Of a stretch of 64,000 nucleotides of DNA, positions 62,100 to 64,000 are shown piece after piece (the first letter of the stretch is position 1; the number at the start of each line of letters is the position of its first letter). Below the pieces are notes generated by a model. It saw only the letters and a list, made by a program, of their open reading frames with translations. It had not been told where the DNA came from and did not search any database. Both the position numbers and the translations under genes were made by a program. Location of the stretch: NCBI GenBank assembly GCA_051362555.1, contig CM120640.1, positions 26,708,225 through 26,772,224 on the forward strand, given 5' to 3'. This DNA is from Lingula anatina. Lineage: Eukaryota; Animalia; Brachiopoda.

Positions 62100-64000
62100 T
62101 GTAGGTACATGTTCTAGTAAATGAACATGTCTCTGTGGAATTTTGCTTTAATTTATTTTGTTTTTTCCATAACTTTCATTGTTTGCCTATTTATCGACAT
62201 AGTGTGTTTCGTTTTTCATTTTGTTTTCAAATGAAATCTCAGCACCAAAATCAATTTTTTAAAAAGCCTTCATATATCGACCTCAAAATTTTAATTTTAA
62301 CCTTACTTTTTTTCGACCGACCAGTGGGCGTGATTTAGAAGCTTGAAGGGATCTCCCACAGAAAGTTGTGCACTTATTCCGTGATTATTTTCCAATGATT
62401 TGATTTCATGACCATCTGACAGCATTCTCACGCAATATCATGCTATTCCATAGTTAGTTCGCTGCCAATCTATGGCAGTTTAATCAAATTGCTATCCCCA
62501 CGATATCTTATACACATCCAAAGCAGTTAAAAAAATGAAAAGAAAATATTCTTGATAAAGATAATCGCAAAAAAAGCATATATGTACAACATACTGCACG
62601 GATCTTTTCCGTTGAACCCTGTTTTGATTTCAATTATCATTGGTTTAATTTTCTTCCTACGCCTACTTATCTTCTATGAGACTGCAGAGGTAGCATCTCA
62701 AGAGAAGCAAGAAAAAAAGGCTTTGTAAACGGGTAAGCATTGAAAAACAAACTGCCAATTCAGTCTTTTAATGGTGAAGCTTAGAACATTAAAAGAGAGA
62801 GAGGGACAGGGGTAGGTGCATTATTTTCAAATCTGAACGAGTACAACATAAAGATAGATGACAAGATAGCGTTAACTAGAGAATTTCTAAAATGGTATCA
62901 GACCAGATTATGTCCAGAAAATCGAATAACGTTGAAATAATTTCGGTGCCTTAAATGTCATGTATAAATCAAAGCATTCGTTGTCCGTTATCTGAAAGCA
63001 AATATTCGAACCAATAACCTTGAGTAATTTGAGCCATTTAGCAAAAAATCAAAGAGCAATAAAGCTGTCTTTTGTTTTCCAAAATGTCTCTAATTCGTGA
63101 TATCATCCCGAATCGGAGCGCCCTCTGGGGATTCGAACTAGTCTTGATATTCAATTATTCAGCAATCGAGTTAAAGTAATCAGTTAGCAAATGAAATGTG
63201 ATCTTCTTTGTATCCTTAAAGGGATTCGACTGTCGTTTTTGAAAATCGCCGAGGCCACGTTTCATTTCTCTGAAATATCTGCCTGTTTTGAATTTCGAAA
63301 AATGAACGCTGTTTTTTTATCCCACGTAATACAAGAGTAGGCCTATAACTTTGTTGATATCGAGCCCTATGTGAACTGTGGATTTCACTAAAACATTTTG
63401 CTTAAGAGTTTATATCTGAATAAATAGATTATTATGTCGCAAAAAGGGGCCATATGGGCTTCAGAGAAGGTTAACGGTGACCATGCCGCATCTTGTATGG
63501 ACTTTAGAACGCAAAGAACATAACTATATTGCATTTTTTGGAGACGGAATGGACGCACATCCCTTCCCCACCTATGTTTGCTGATTAAAGCCTCTTTGGT
63601 AAAATTCATTTTTTACACAGGTGGGTTGGTTTTCGTCATAAGTAATCATAGTGTATACTATTAATAATGGATGATACGGTCATTTCGCTATGACTATACA
63701 TGTATGCTTTGCGTGTAATTGACTCGACCAGTCGTCCGACGTCATTGCGTTATCTGGACTCCATGTTGTTTTCAATTATGTTAAATTCATTGCTTGCCAA
63801 AAATGTGAGTTTCACCCACGTTCTAGCTATGCATTGTGGGTGTGACGATTTGACACGCAAGAAACCTTTTAATTGTGGGTCAAACCCATATATTTTAAGA
63901 AATGGGGTATTTTTTATCTATTCTTGGCTAGGGTGGGTCCTGGTTATTAAAAGAATTACGTTGGCTTTTATTTCTTGGTAATTAAGGCATGTCTGTGTCC

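Noticed and set aside
63217-64000. TTAA-AGGGAT start of a possible Kolobok-like element
   Set aside because: No matching right TIR found inside the window.
56500-64000. Numerous 60-95 aa ORFs in the distal region
   Set aside because: No homology or coherent exon chain apart from the Tc1 fossil; treated as intergenic or intronic.

Overview
AT-rich, intron-rich animal genomic DNA, probably a marine invertebrate such as a mollusc or other lophotrochozoan (inferred from gene and repeat style; the species cannot be determined). I reconstructed nine protein-coding genes by reading splice sites and frames: EIPR1/TSSC1 (-), TRAPPC12 (+), a C8orf76 homologue (-), sesquipedalian/PHETA (-), ACADS (+), TXNDC17 (-), TADA2A (+), a PhyH-family 2OG-Fe(II) dioxygenase (+), and a lectin-like/CUB/mucin single-pass membrane protein (+). 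Six of these form three tight head-to-head pairs. Between TRAPPC12 and C8orf76 lies a cluster of reverse-transcriptase-less DIRS-like tyrosine-recombinase retroelement pieces, including an uninterrupted 413-codon Gag::tyrosine-recombinase fusion ORF, followed by a pogo fossil. Two ACADS introns are inflated by two copies of a large Helentron-associated (HINE-like) element carrying a 161-bp satellite. Nested inside these copies are a solo LTR, a mini-HINE, a TA-flanked TIR element and a TTAA-flanked Kolobok-like MITE. A decayed Tc1 transposase lies near 60 kb. Family names come from recalled motifs, not database searches.
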